A stretch of 64,000 nucleotides of DNA from Actinomycetes bacterium (GTDB taxonomy: Bacteria > Actinomycetota > Acidimicrobiia > IMCC26256 > PALSA-610), in contig JANYBW010000054.1 in the NCBI GenBank assembly GCA_025360585.1, positions 25,847-89,846 of the forward strand, read 5' to 3'. The position numbers and the translations under genes are program-made. The notes under the pieces are model-generated. The model saw only the letters and a list, made by a program, of their open reading frames with translations. It searched no databases and had not been told where the DNA came from. Shown here in pieces: positions 28,803 through 37,978 of the stretch (positions are counted from its first letter, which is position 1; each line of letters starts with the position of its first letter).

Positions 28803-29690
28803 CTAGCTCTGGCGGATTTTCGAAAAGCGCGCCGCGACTATGCGGCCCGCGATTGAAAAGAGCATCACGATCAAGATCAGCGTGAGTGCAGCGCCCCACG
28901 CGCGTTCTTGTGGCGCGGGAAACGGCCCCGCGGTTGCGTTTGCGTAGATCTGCGAGGGCAACGCCGTATTCGGCCCGTTGAACAAATCGAAGTTAGTCCG
29001 GTACACCAAACCAATTGTGAACAGCAATGGCGCGGTCTCTCCTGCTGCTCGTGCGACTGCGAGCATTGCTCCGCTGATAACCCCTGGCGCGGCGGCGGGC
29101 AAGATGACAGTGAGTACTGTGCGCCACTGCGGGCAGCCCAGAGCGAGGCTGGCCTGCCGGAGCTCGTTGGGAACCAATTTCAGCATCTCTTCACTAGTAC
29201 GGATTACTAACGGCAGCATCAAGCAGCCCAATGCCATCGCTCCGCCGAAGCCGGAAAAGCCACTGTTCACGGTATAAATCGTGAAGATAAACAGCCCCAT
29301 CACAATTGATGGCACGCCGCTCATCACCAGTGCGAAGAACCGCAACGCTCGAGCGAGGCGTTGATTCTTGCCGTATTCATTGAGATAAATCGCGGCCATG
29401 ATGCCGAGTGGGATCGCCATCGCTGCCGCAGTGCCCGTCATCAACAATGTACCCATGATCGCCGGACGCATCCCACCACCGGCCTCGGTCGTTACGGTGG
29501 GCAGCGCGTCGTTCCAGAAATGCGGAAAGTTGCGGACAATGACCGCGTAGCCCTTGTTGACGACGTAACCGATGAGGAACAACAACGGAATGAACGCAAC
29601 GATCACTGATCCGAGCATCCACATCAACGCCGCCATATTCCGAGCCTTGCGGGCCCCGGAAACCTTGGAGGTCGCGAGCGTTGCTCTCAC
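28803..29690 (-). CDS. pstA: phosphate ABC transporter permease PstA
   Basis: Multi-transmembrane protein with the EAA-loop region LRQASLALGCPQWRTVLTVILP. Its start overlaps the pstC stop. Confidence 0.9.
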   Translation of the reverse strand: MRATLATSKVSGARKARNMAALMWMLGSVIVAFIPLLFLIGYVVNKGYAVIVRNFPHFWNDALPTVTTEAGGGMRPAIMGTLLMTGTAAAMAIPLGIMAAIYLNEYGKNQRLARALRFFALVMSGVPSIVMGLFIFTIYTVNSGFSGFGGAMALGCLMLPLVIRTSEEMLKLVPNELRQASLALGCPQWRTVLTVILPAAAPGVISGAMLAVARAAGETAPLLFTIGLVYRTNFDLFNGPNTALPSQIYANATAGPFPAPQERAWGAALTLILIVMLFSIAGRIVAARFSKIRQS

Positions 29691-30646
29691 GACGCCAGCT
29701 TTCGATCAGAGCGGGCGACGATGAATCGCGCGCTGCTGTTGATCGCGATCGTGAAGATAAATAACACAACACCCAAACCAACCAGGGCAGCTTGGTGAAT
29801 ACCTGATGCTTCACCCCACTGGCTGGCGACGGTTCCGGCCATCGTTGCTGCGGGGCTGAAAATATGAAGGGTGATTTGCGCGCTCGAACCAATGACCATG
29901 GCCACTGCGATCGTTTCGCCCATTGCTCGGCCCAAGCCGAGCAATACTGCGGCAGTAAGCCCCCCGCGTGCTTTGGGAAATACGGCGACGCGGATTGCTT
30001 CCCACTGGGTCGCGCCCAATGCGAGGGCGCCGGCTTTGTCGCTCTCGGGCACGGTAGCGAGGGCTTCACGAGATAGCGATGTGATGATCGGCGTGATCAT
30101 GATTGCCAACACGATGCTGGCGGTCATCAGGCTGTAGCCCTGAGATTGCCCGCCGAACAATGAATTCAGGACCGGAATCGATGCGGTGGCCGAATGCAAG
30201 GCCTTGTAGAGCCCTTGCACATTGGGTGCCAGTGCGAGCGTGGCCCAAAGCCCGTAGACCACCGACGGCACTGCGGCGAGGAGATCGATGAGTGAAGTAA
30301 CGAGCTTGGCGACTTTCGGTGAGGCGAATTCGGTCACGAAGAGTGCGATGCCAAAGCTCACAGGCACCGAAAGCAAGAGCGCGAGCACTGCGCTCATCGC
30401 GGTTCCGTATATCAATGCCAACGCACCGAAATGGTTTTCGTTTGGAACCCACCGATTGGTGGTGACGAAGCCCAAGCCCTCGTGGCTGAAGGCCGGCCAC
30501 GCCTTGTTGGTGCTGGTGAACGCGATCAGCCCGAGGATCACAAATACCGCGAGGCCACACGCAAGAGCGACCGAGCGAAACGCTCGGTCGCCCCAATTGC
30601 GAGTGCCATTTCCGGTGAGCTGTCGCACCTCCGGAATTGATTGCAT
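29687..30646 (-). CDS. pstC: phosphate ABC transporter permease PstC
   Basis: Multi-transmembrane protein with DKAGALALGATQWEAIRVAVFP. Start taken at MQSIPE (30646), which avoids overlap with pstS. The ORF track extends to 30703. Confidence 0.9.
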   Translation of the reverse strand: MQSIPEVRQLTGNGTRNWGDRAFRSVALACGLAVFVILGLIAFTSTNKAWPAFSHEGLGFVTTNRWVPNENHFGALALIYGTAMSAVLALLLSVPVSFGIALFVTEFASPKVAKLVTSLIDLLAAVPSVVYGLWATLALAPNVQGLYKALHSATASIPVLNSLFGGQSQGYSLMTASIVLAIMITPIITSLSREALATVPESDKAGALALGATQWEAIRVAVFPKARGGLTAAVLLGLGRAMGETIAVAMVIGSSAQITLHIFSPAATMAGTVASQWGEASGIHQAALVGLGVVLFIFTIAINSSARFIVARSDRKLAS

Positions 30647-30656
30647 GTTCCCTCGT

Positions 30657-31730
30657 TCAGCCGATTTGCAGTTTGTCGAGTTGCTTGATGGCCTTGGCGG
30701 CAAGCTCCGCTGGCAGCGCAGCGTAATTGACGGTCGGTGCCAATGTCTGGCCTTCGGTGAGAAGGTAGTTGAGGTACGCCTTCAGCGCGGTGCCCTTCGC
30801 CTTGTCGGTTTGTTTCGCGTAGACGAGGACCCATGTTGGTGCGGTGATCGGGTACACGCCCGCGCCCGATGCATCGGCAGCTGCGAAGGTGAGGTCATCT
30901 TTAACTGCAACGTTTTTCAACGCTGCTGCCGCGCCATCGAGTGACGGAACGGACCACTCACTGGCCTTGTTTTTGATCGCGGCCATTTGCATACCGGCCT
31001 TTTTGGCATCGGCAAAATCGACGTACCCAATCGCGCCCTCGGTCTGGCTGACTGAGTTAGCGACACCGGTGTTTTTTTCTGCGCCAACAGAATTCGCCGG
31101 CCAGTTCACGGTGTCACCCTTGTCGAGTTTCCACGAAGGCGCCGCGGCGACCAGGAACTTAGTAAAGTTGCTCGTGGTGCCGGAACCGTCGGAGCGGTGC
31201 ACGATCGTGATCTTGGTCGACGGAAGGTTTACTCCCGCGTTGTCGGCTTTGATGGCAGCGTCGTTCCATGTGGTGATCTTGGCTTGGAAGATTCCGGCGA
31301 TCGTCTCGGCGCTGAGTTGCAGCTTGTCGACGCCAGCAAGTTTGTATGTGACGGCGATCGGGGCTGCGGCAATCGGAAAGTACAAGAGATCGCCTTTGAA
31401 GTTGCCTTTATCGGCATCTTTCACTGGGCTGTCGGTGCCCGCGAAGTCGACGAGTTTCGCCGCAAGATCAGTCTTTCCCTTCGCGGAGCCGCCGCCAGCG
31501 TACGCGATTTCAGTTTTTGGGTTCTTGGCGTTGAATGCTTTTGCAGCTGTTTCTTCGAGGTTCTTTTGGAACGAACTTCCCGAAGCGTTCAGCGTGACGG
31601 TGGAGCCGCCGCCGCTGTTTGGCGTTTTAGTGGTGCTGCCGTCGCTGCCACAGGCGCTGAGGCCGAGCGCAACGATAATGGCGGTTGCCGCGGTTTGGGT
31701 TGCCCGGCGGGTGTGAATCCGTGTGATCAC
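30657..31730 (-). CDS. pstS: phosphate-binding lipoprotein PstS
   Basis: Lipobox LSACGS, SGSSFQ, and the phosphate-binding motif VHRSDGSGTT. Confidence 0.92.
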   Translation of the reverse strand: MITRIHTRRATQTAATAIIVALGLSACGSDGSTTKTPNSGGGSTVTLNASGSSFQKNLEETAAKAFNAKNPKTEIAYAGGGSAKGKTDLAAKLVDFAGTDSPVKDADKGNFKGDLLYFPIAAAPIAVTYKLAGVDKLQLSAETIAGIFQAKITTWNDAAIKADNAGVNLPSTKITIVHRSDGSGTTSNFTKFLVAAAPSWKLDKGDTVNWPANSVGAEKNTGVANSVSQTEGAIGYVDFADAKKAGMQMAAIKNKASEWSVPSLDGAAAALKNVAVKDDLTFAAADASGAGVYPITAPTWVLVYAKQTDKAKGTALKAYLNYLLTEGQTLAPTVNYAALPAELAAKAIKQLDKLQIG

Positions 31731-31780
31731 GAGTCCCCTTTCGAGGGTTTCATAGGTTGTGGTTGGTCACAGCAAAACCT

Positions 31781-31793
31781 ACGAAACGTGAAT
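31781..31793 (-). promoter_or_regulatory. candidate PHO-box half-site upstream of pstS
   Basis: The minus strand reads ATTCACGTTTCGT, 51-63 nt upstream of the pstS start. It is a 12/13 match to the site at 32680-32692. An additional GTTCATCTTGA lies at 31819-31809. Confidence 0.35.
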
Positions 31794-31897
31794 GTACAAA
31801 CCCTTGCTTCAAGATGAACAACGAATGAATGAAATGGAAATAGTCACTGTTTATTCATCTACCGGGCCAGCCGCCAGTTCAGCGATTGGGTTGTCGC

Positions 31898-32563
31898 CTA
31901 ATCGTGTTCGTGACCCGGCAGGATTCCCGTGGCGATGAAGTGCACCCACCGGGCGATGGTCACCGCGTGATCAGCGGCGCGTTCGTAGTCTCGGCCGACG
32001 AACGTCGTTTGCACTGCTTGTTGGAGCGCGCTTTCGTCTGGGGCGCCCTCGGCAAAAATTGCCCGGAACAAGTCCTTTTGCAAATCATCCATGACGTCGT
32101 CCATATCGGGTAGCGCAGACGCTGCGGAGGCGTCGTTGTCCGCAAAAGCGTCGATCGCAATGTGAATCTGCGTGCCGGCTTGGTTGCCCATGCGTTCCAA
32201 AATGCCGCGGATCCTTGGAGTGAGCTCGCGCGGGTAAAGCCGGCGCGTTGCGCGTGCGACGTTGCGCATCAAACCTGCGGTGAGCTCGAGTTCGTGCAGG
32301 ATCCGCAGTACGGCGAGGAGCACCCGTAAGTCGATAGCGATCGGCTGTTGCAGCGCAAAAATACTGTAGGCGCGCTGTTCGATTTCACGGTTGAGCTGGC
32401 CGATACGCCCGTGTTCTGCGTATACCGTGTCGACCGCTACTAGGTCGCCGTCGAGAATTGACTGGGTTGAGCGAGCCACTTGTTCGCCGACGAGCGCGGC
32501 GAGCTTGATGACATCGGCTTTGGCTTCGTCGAGTTGCTCGTCGAAACTCTTTCGTTCGGTCAT
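31898..32563 (-). CDS. phoU: phosphate signalling regulator PhoU
   Basis: Two PhoU repeats (E..RAYSIFALQQP and DDL...F... segments). Start taken at MTERKSFDEQLD (32563). The ORF track extends to 32659. Confidence 0.85.
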   Translation of the reverse strand: MTERKSFDEQLDEAKADVIKLAALVGEQVARSTQSILDGDLVAVDTVYAEHGRIGQLNREIEQRAYSIFALQQPIAIDLRVLLAVLRILHELELTAGLMRNVARATRRLYPRELTPRIRGILERMGNQAGTQIHIAIDAFADNDASAASALPDMDDVMDDLQKDLFRAIFAEGAPDESALQQAVQTTFVGRDYERAADHAVTIARWVHFIATGILPGHEHD

Positions 32564-32679
32564 GGTTGGTTCCGTTGTGGTTGGGAATGAGGTGTGGCCG
32601 ATCGGTTTGGTCGAGATTGCGAGCCCAGCCAACGCGGCTTGCACCTCAGTTTGGCGCAAATCTGGGCGCGAAGACGACC

Positions 32680-32701
32680 ATTCACCTTTCGTTCACCAAT
32701 T
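32680..32701 (+). promoter_or_regulatory. candidate PHO box (two 11-nt direct repeats) in the phoU/pstB divergent region
   Basis: ATTCACCTTTC followed directly by GTTCACCAATT. Both units carry the (G/A)TTCAC core of actinobacterial PhoP/RegX3-type direct-repeat units. Confidence 0.45.
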
Positions 32702-32836
32702 GGCAAGCTGATATCTGGTTGTTGTTGTGCCGGGGTCCGTACCTTTGCTCCCTAGCCGCCGCGGAATCTGGCGAGAAGTGTTGGCCTGGTCTCGTGTGAC
32801 AAGCTTGGGCAACTCGACCCGCACCCGGAGCTGAAC

Positions 32837-33697
32837 GTGACCCAACCAACTGGTGATTCGATGCAAACGACGCTGCCAAAACCTGAGATCAGCGCCAGCC
32901 CACGAGCTTTCGGTGGCGCGGGCAACACGGTATTTGACGTGACGCGCCTCGAAGTTTCCTACGGCGATGCGGTTGCGGTCCGTGATGTGAATCTCACGAT
33001 CGGGGAGCACGAAATCACCGCGATGATCGGGCCATCGGGGTGCGGCAAAAGCACGGTATTGCGTTGCCTTAATCGGATGAACGATTTGGTGGCTGGCGCG
33101 GTCGTGAATGGCTCGGTGTTCTATTACGGCGAAGATCTTTATGATCGCTCGGTCGATCCGGTCGAGGTACGGCGGCGTATCGGCATGGTGTTCCAACGAC
33201 CGAATCCATTTCCGAAATCGATCTTCGACAATATTGCGTTCGGGCCCCGTGTGAACGGACGTCGCAAAGGGCTCGATGATGTGGTGGAGCAAGCATTGAC
33301 CCAAGCCGCGCTCTGGGATGAAGTCAAAGACAAACTCAACAAGAGTGCGTATGCGCTATCGGGTGGTCAACAGCAGCGACTGTGCATCGCAAGGGCGTTG
33401 GCCGTTGAGCCCGATGTGATTTTGATGGACGAACCATGCTCGGCGCTTGATCCGATTGCCACGGCGCGTATAGAAGACCTGATGGTGGAACTCAAAGCGC
33501 GCTACACGATTGTGATTGTGACCCACAACATGCAGCAAGCGGCTCGGGTCTCGGACCGAACCGCATTTCTGACTGCTGAAGTCGACGACGATGGTCACCG
33601 AGTGGGCCGGTTGGTGGAATTCGACGACACTCGAACCATGTTCACGAACCCTAGCGATCCGCGTACCGAGGGTTATATCACTGGTCGGTTTGGCTAA
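32837..33697 (+). CDS. pstB: phosphate ABC transporter ATP-binding protein PstB
   Basis: [35 protein letters not shown] and [15 protein letters not shown] start at 32837. An alternative ATG lies at 32861. Confidence 0.92.
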   Translation: MTQPTGDSMQTTLPKPEISASPRAFGGAGNTVFDVTRLEVSYGDAVAVRDVNLTIGEHEITAMIGPSGCGKSTVLRCLNRMNDLVAGAVVNGSVFYYGEDLYDRSVDPVEVRRRIGMVFQRPNPFPKSIFDNIAFGPRVNGRRKGLDDVVEQALTQAALWDEVKDKLNKSAYALSGGQQQRLCIARALAVEPDVILMDEPCSALDPIATARIEDLMVELKARYTIVIVTHNMQQAARVSDRTAFLTAEVDDDGHRVGRLVEFDDTRTMFTNPSDPRTEGYITGRFG

Positions 33698-33724
33698 CTC
33701 CATGAGTCGACGGATGCCGCAACG

Positions 33725-34870
33725 ATGGTGATTGTGGGGGCGCTTGTCGTCATGATCGCGATTGGTACCGCGGCTGCGCTCTGGGTGACAATCATGCGTT
33801 TGCGGGCTTCGATGCAAGCCCTGCGGGTTGCTGCGGAACTCGATGCCGATCGAACCCGAACGATGGCGGTGGAGCTTGATCGGCTTCGCTATGCACTCGA
33901 CGCACTCGACGATGGTGTTGTGATCGCCACTACGGAACGCGAGCTGTTTCGAAATCGTGCTGCGCAACGGTTCTCGGGGGCTCGTCATAGCGACGCGATC
34001 GTTGAAGCCGCGATTGCGCAAGTGGCGCGTACCGCGCTTTTGGGTGCTTCGGCGCAGCAAGAACACGCGGTCTTTGGGCCGCCGTCGCAGGTCTATTTAC
34101 TGCGGTCGGAACCGATCGGTGGATCGGTTGACCGATCAGGAGTGGTCGTGTGGATTCGCGACATTTCTGATGCCCGTCGTCTGGACGACGTGCGTCGTGA
34201 TTTTGTCGCGAATGTGAGCCATGAATTACGCACACCGGTCGGTGCGTTGACGTTGCTCGCAGAAACGATGGTCGATGAACCCAGCATTGAGATCGTGCAA
34301 CAATTTGCGCAACGCATGGTGCGCGAAACCGAACGGTTGGCCCGCACCGTTGATGATCTCTTGGATCTCAGCGTGATCGAAGCCAATCCGGCCGCGCAGC
34401 CCATTGTGCTCGAAGTCCGCGACGTTGTAGATGCTGCCGTCGATCAAATTGCCAACGCCGCGCTGGTCGCGGATATCCCGATTCAGATCGACGGTGATAT
34501 CGACGCTGCTGTGCTCGGGGACCGGAGACAACTCGTTTCTGCCCTGTTCAATCTGTTGGAAAACGCGGTGAAATATTCGACGGCTGGTGATCCGATTGCG
34601 ATTGGTATCGCCAGGGAGGGCGAATCGGTGCTGATCCGGATTCATGATCATGGCATTGGCATCCCGACGCGCGATCTCGAACGGATCTTCGAACGCTTCT
34701 ACCGTGTCGACCGTGCTAGGAGCCGCGACAGTGGAGGGACGGGTCTCGGGCTCTCGATCGTGCGCCACGTTGCGGCCGCGCACTCAGGATCTGTGTGCGT
34801 TAGTTCGCACGAGGGCGAAGGCTCAGTATTCACAATGAAACTTCCTATCCACCACGCGGACCGAACGTAG
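33725..34870 (+). CDS. senX3: phosphate-responsive sensor histidine kinase (SenX3/PhoR-like)
   Basis: H-box FVANVSHELRTP, an N-box LLENAVKYS, and G-boxes DHGIGI and GGTGLGLSIV. Confidence 0.85.
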   Translation: MVIVGALVVMIAIGTAAALWVTIMRLRASMQALRVAAELDADRTRTMAVELDRLRYALDALDDGVVIATTERELFRNRAAQRFSGARHSDAIVEAAIAQVARTALLGASAQQEHAVFGPPSQVYLLRSEPIGGSVDRSGVVVWIRDISDARRLDDVRRDFVANVSHELRTPVGALTLLAETMVDEPSIEIVQQFAQRMVRETERLARTVDDLLDLSVIEANPAAQPIVLEVRDVVDAAVDQIANAALVADIPIQIDGDIDAAVLGDRRQLVSALFNLLENAVKYSTAGDPIAIGIAREGESVLIRIHDHGIGIPTRDLERIFERFYRVDRARSRDSGGTGLGLSIVRHVAAAHSGSVCVSSHEGEGSVFTMKLPIHHADRT

Positions 34871-34873
34871 GCC

Positions 34874-35596
34874 ATGGCAGAAGCTCCTCTCATTCTTGTT
34901 GTCGATGATGAACAGTCCTACCGCGACGCGTTGTCGGTCGCGCTGCAACGCGAAGGGTTTCTCGTCGTCACCGCCGCGGATGGAGTGGAGGCAATTGATC
35001 GCTTCAATGCCACGAAGCCCGCGCTTGTGTTGCTTGATGTGATGCTGCCGAAGATGTCGGGGATCGATGTGTGTCGAGAAATCCGCAGCCGGTCGCGAGT
35101 CCCGATCATCATGGTGACGGCACGGAACTCCGAAATCGATGCAGTCGTGGGTCTTGAAGTCGGAGCGGACGACTACGTATCGAAGCCGTTCCGGCTCCGC
35201 GAATTGATTGCGCGAGTGCGCGCGTCGTTGCGACGGGTTCCTTCAGACGATGATGCCGCAGACGATCGTCCGGACATGATTGAGGTGGGCGGGATACAAA
35301 TCGATACTGCTCGCCACGAAGTGTTTGTGCGTGGCGAGGCCGTCGCGTTACCGCTCAAAGAGTTTGAATTGCTCGAAATTTTGTTGCTGAACGCTGGCCG
35401 CGTCCTGACGCGTGATGTGCTGATCGATCGTGTATGGGGGCCAAACTATTTCGGTGATACCAAGACGCTCGATGTGCACATCAAGCGCCTTCGCGCCAAA
35501 GTCGAAGCCGATCCGGCAAATCCATTGCAACTAGTGACAGTACGCGGCGTCGGTTACCGCTTCGAGCGCCCCCGCGACCACGCACGCTCCGATTGA
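34874..35596 (+). CDS. regX3: OmpR-family response regulator (RegX3/PhoP-like)
   Basis: Receiver domain (LVVDDE...LLDVMLPKMSG) plus a winged-helix output domain (LTRDVLIDRVWG...TLDVHIKRLRAKVE). Confidence 0.9.
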   Translation: MAEAPLILVVDDEQSYRDALSVALQREGFLVVTAADGVEAIDRFNATKPALVLLDVMLPKMSGIDVCREIRSRSRVPIIMVTARNSEIDAVVGLEVGADDYVSKPFRLRELIARVRASLRRVPSDDDAADDRPDMIEVGGIQIDTARHEVFVRGEAVALPLKEFELLEILLLNAGRVLTRDVLIDRVWGPNYFGDTKTLDVHIKRLRAKVEADPANPLQLVTVRGVGYRFERPRDHARSD

Positions 35597-36090
35597 GGCT
35601 TGGCCGGTTTGCGCGACGTACGTGGGATCAGATCGTCGTCGCAAGTTTTCAGCACACTCGGTGAGGCCAGTTCCTCGATCATCACCGGCAAGACTTCCAC
35701 GACCTGGCTCGGCTCGGCCTCGGGCGTGGCGTGGTTTGGCTGTTCGACGATGAGCGCGTCGACCGCGGCCTGCAACCGACCGAGGTCCTCGATTGGTTCT
35801 TTTGCGAGCGGCACGCGATCTGCGGTCGCGGGTTCGGTAGAACCCGGCGGAACCGACAGTGGCCGTGCAGCATCGACGCGTGGCGCACCAAAAAGTTCAG
35901 CGAATGCTGACACATCTCGTGCTTCGGGAAATGGCGTACCGAGCACGTGTTGATGCGGCGCGGTTGGTTCCGCTACCCGTGTAACGAGTCGTTCGTCGGG
36001 TACGGGTTCGGAGACCACAACGTTGCGGAGCGGCTCTGGAAGCGAAGCAACTTCAGTCTCTTGGAGAAAATCGGCAAAGCGCACGATCAT
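35554..36090 (-). CDS. hypothetical protein (Pro/Glu/Ala-rich)
   Basis: ORF 35554-36249, trimmed to ATG 36090 so that it does not overlap the upstream phosphatase gene. No motif recognised. Its 3' end overlaps regX3 convergently by 43 nt. Confidence 0.35.
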   Translation of the reverse strand: MIVRFADFLQETEVASLPEPLRNVVVSEPVPDERLVTRVAEPTAPHQHVLGTPFPEARDVSAFAELFGAPRVDAARPLSVPPGSTEPATADRVPLAKEPIEDLGRLQAAVDALIVEQPNHATPEAEPSQVVEVLPVMIEELASPSVLKTCDDDLIPRTSRKPAKPQSERAWSRGRSKR

Positions 36091-36158
36091 TCCTTTCGTC
36101 GCTGGAAGTGATCGGCGAAACGGGTGCAACTCTTGATTCGTGGGGCCCTGGTGTGACC

Positions 36159-36629
36159 TCAGCGCGGAATCGGTGGAGGCCAGTACGTGGCGGTCATCGT
36201 TGGGCCGAGCACATTGCCTTCCAGAACCCATACGCATCCCTTTTCGCAACGGGGGTGTGGGCCGAGATCAACGCCGAGCGCTGCGAGTCCTTCGAGCAAG
36301 ATCGGAATAATGTCGCCGTGGCTGCACAAGACCGCGCCCTCGTCGAGACATTCTTCGAACAGTTGCAGCGTGGATTTTGGCGTGGCGCCTTCGGCAAGAG
36401 CATCGTGCGGTGAGACGGCAAGGCCGTGATGCGACGCGAGGGGAACAACAGTTTCCATACAACGAACGTACGGGCTCGCGAATATGCGCGCGAATTTCGA
36501 ATCGGTGAACGACCGCAACAACTCCCGCGCTTGCGCCTGCCCGGGTGTCGTGAGCGGCCGCAGCCAATCCGGACCATTGAAATCCGATCGGCTCCCGGCT
36601 TTTGCGTGACGTACGAGATACACAGTCAT
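36159..36629 (-). CDS. histidine-phosphatase-superfamily protein (SixA-like)
   Basis: N-terminal catalytic motif VYLVRHAKAG (RHG-type), with a downstream SHGD. The 156-aa length fits a SixA-size protein. Confidence 0.75.
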   Translation of the reverse strand: MTVYLVRHAKAGSRSDFNGPDWLRPLTTPGQAQARELLRSFTDSKFARIFASPYVRCMETVVPLASHHGLAVSPHDALAEGATPKSTLQLFEECLDEGAVLCSHGDIIPILLEGLAALGVDLGPHPRCEKGCVWVLEGNVLGPTMTATYWPPPIPR

Positions 36630-36632
36630 CGC

Positions 36633-37034
36633 TCAGGCCACCGAAATCTGGGCGAGCACGGCCCGTTCGCGCTCGTAACTCAGGAGGCCTTCGGCTTCTT
36701 CGACTGGAACCCAACGAACTTCATCGACTTCATCGTTGGCAACAAACTCGGTGTGGGTGACCGCTTCCATTCGGTACCACCGGACTCGCTTCGGGCGACC
36801 TTTGCGATCCACGTAATGACTCGTCGCGATCTCACCGATCAATCGACACGCATAGCCGGTTTCTTCGAGCACTTCTCGACAAGCGGTGTCTTCGTCGCTT
36901 TCGTCGCCGTCGGCTTTGCCTTTTGGCAAACTCCAATCGTCGTAGCGAGGACGGTGAATCATCAACACTCGCGGCCCCTCGATGGTGTCGTCGATGAGTA
37001 TTCCTCCGGCGGCGCGTATCAACAGGTCGCTCAC
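36633..37034 (-). CDS. NUDIX hydrolase (MutT1 N-domain-like)
   Basis: Nudix box LPKGKADGDESDEDTACREVLEETGY. GTG 37034 overlaps the CHAD stop (GTGA). The ORF-track start at 37187 would overlap the CHAD gene by 157 nt. Confidence 0.72.
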   Translation of the reverse strand: MSDLLIRAAGGILIDDTIEGPRVLMIHRPRYDDWSLPKGKADGDESDEDTACREVLEETGYACRLIGEIATSHYVDRKGRPKRVRWYRMEAVTHTEFVANDEVDEVRWVPVEEAEGLLSYERERAVLAQISVA

Positions 37035-37978
37035 ATCCAGGCCCGAAGTTTCGGCCGGGATGCCTTGCGCCAAACTTCGGGGAATTCCCGGGCGGCCTGT
37101 TGCGATGCTTGGCGCAAAATCCCCGCAACCATTCCGGCCGAGAAGCTCACCGCCGGGGCTTCGTGCAGCGCTCGGTCTCGGACCCAATGATGCGCAACGA
37201 CCGCATCGTGTTGTGTTCCCAGCACGGCTTGCAGATTAGCCATCGCCTTTGCGTGTTTTCGAGCCGGCGTCCCAAAGAGGGGGATCGCGGCTTCGCTGGC
37301 GAAACGCGCGCGCTTCGCTCGGAGGCGCACAAAATGCAACGCTGCGTCGGTGGGCGTGGGACCCAAACGATTGATCGCCTTGTCGAGCGCGTTTCGGGAA
37401 CGCTGCGCGGTTTCGCGTGCGTAGGGAACTGCAGGGCTCGAGCCGTCGACGATGAGGGGTGGCTTCTTGGCCGCGCTCGCGAGTGAGGCCAACAGCTCGG
37501 TGTAGCGCTCGCTATCGAATCCGGCGCGTAATGCCTCACGTGCTGTGTTTCGTTCCGAAGTAGCAATGGCGAACAGTGGCTCGAGGTGTTGGACATCATT
37601 CGCGAGCAATGAAGCGGCACAGGCCGACAAGACGTCGCGCATCACCTCGAGATCGCGCACGGCACCCAGCGTGGTTGCCAACCAACGCAGCTCAACCATG
37701 GTGACCTGATACCAATCGGGGTCGATGAACGCGTTGTAGTGACGAAGATGACATCGCAATCGGCGGCTCGCCGCACGGACTTGGTGTACGCCATCGGGGT
37801 CTACGCCAACTCGCGCGACCTGTTCGTGGCTCACGATGCTGTGGAGCTCTGCACCAATGAGCCAACCAATAAAGTCATCAATCGTTGGAGCATCCGTAGA
37901 CAGCTGTGGTTTTGCAACTCCGGCGGCGGGAGGAGCGAACGTGGCCGCTGGTTGTGATTGAACCGATCGAACCGTCAT
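37031..37978 (-). CDS. CHAD-domain protein
   Basis: HQVRAASRRLRCHLRHY...LGAVRDLEV...LHFVRLRAKRARF is the conserved-histidine alpha-helical pattern. The start overlaps the ppk1 stop (ATGA). Confidence 0.75.
   Translation of the reverse strand: MTVRSVQSQPAATFAPPAAGVAKPQLSTDAPTIDDFIGWLIGAELHSIVSHEQVARVGVDPDGVHQVRAASRRLRCHLRHYNAFIDPDWYQVTMVELRWLATTLGAVRDLEVMRDVLSACAASLLANDVQHLEPLFAIATSERNTAREALRAGFDSERYTELLASLASAAKKPPLIVDGSSPAVPYARETAQRSRNALDKAINRLGPTPTDAALHFVRLRAKRARFASEAAIPLFGTPARKHAKAMANLQAVLGTQHDAVVAHHWVRDRALHEAPAVSFSAGMVAGILRQASQQAAREFPEVWRKASRPKLRAWM

Noticed and set aside
35600-35953. Plus-strand 117-aa ORF opposite the hypothetical gene at 35554-36090.
   Set aside because: Its Ser/Gly/Thr-rich composition has no start context. 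The minus-strand frame continues the ppk1-CHAD-Nudix-SixA gene direction and is longer, though neither frame has strong support.
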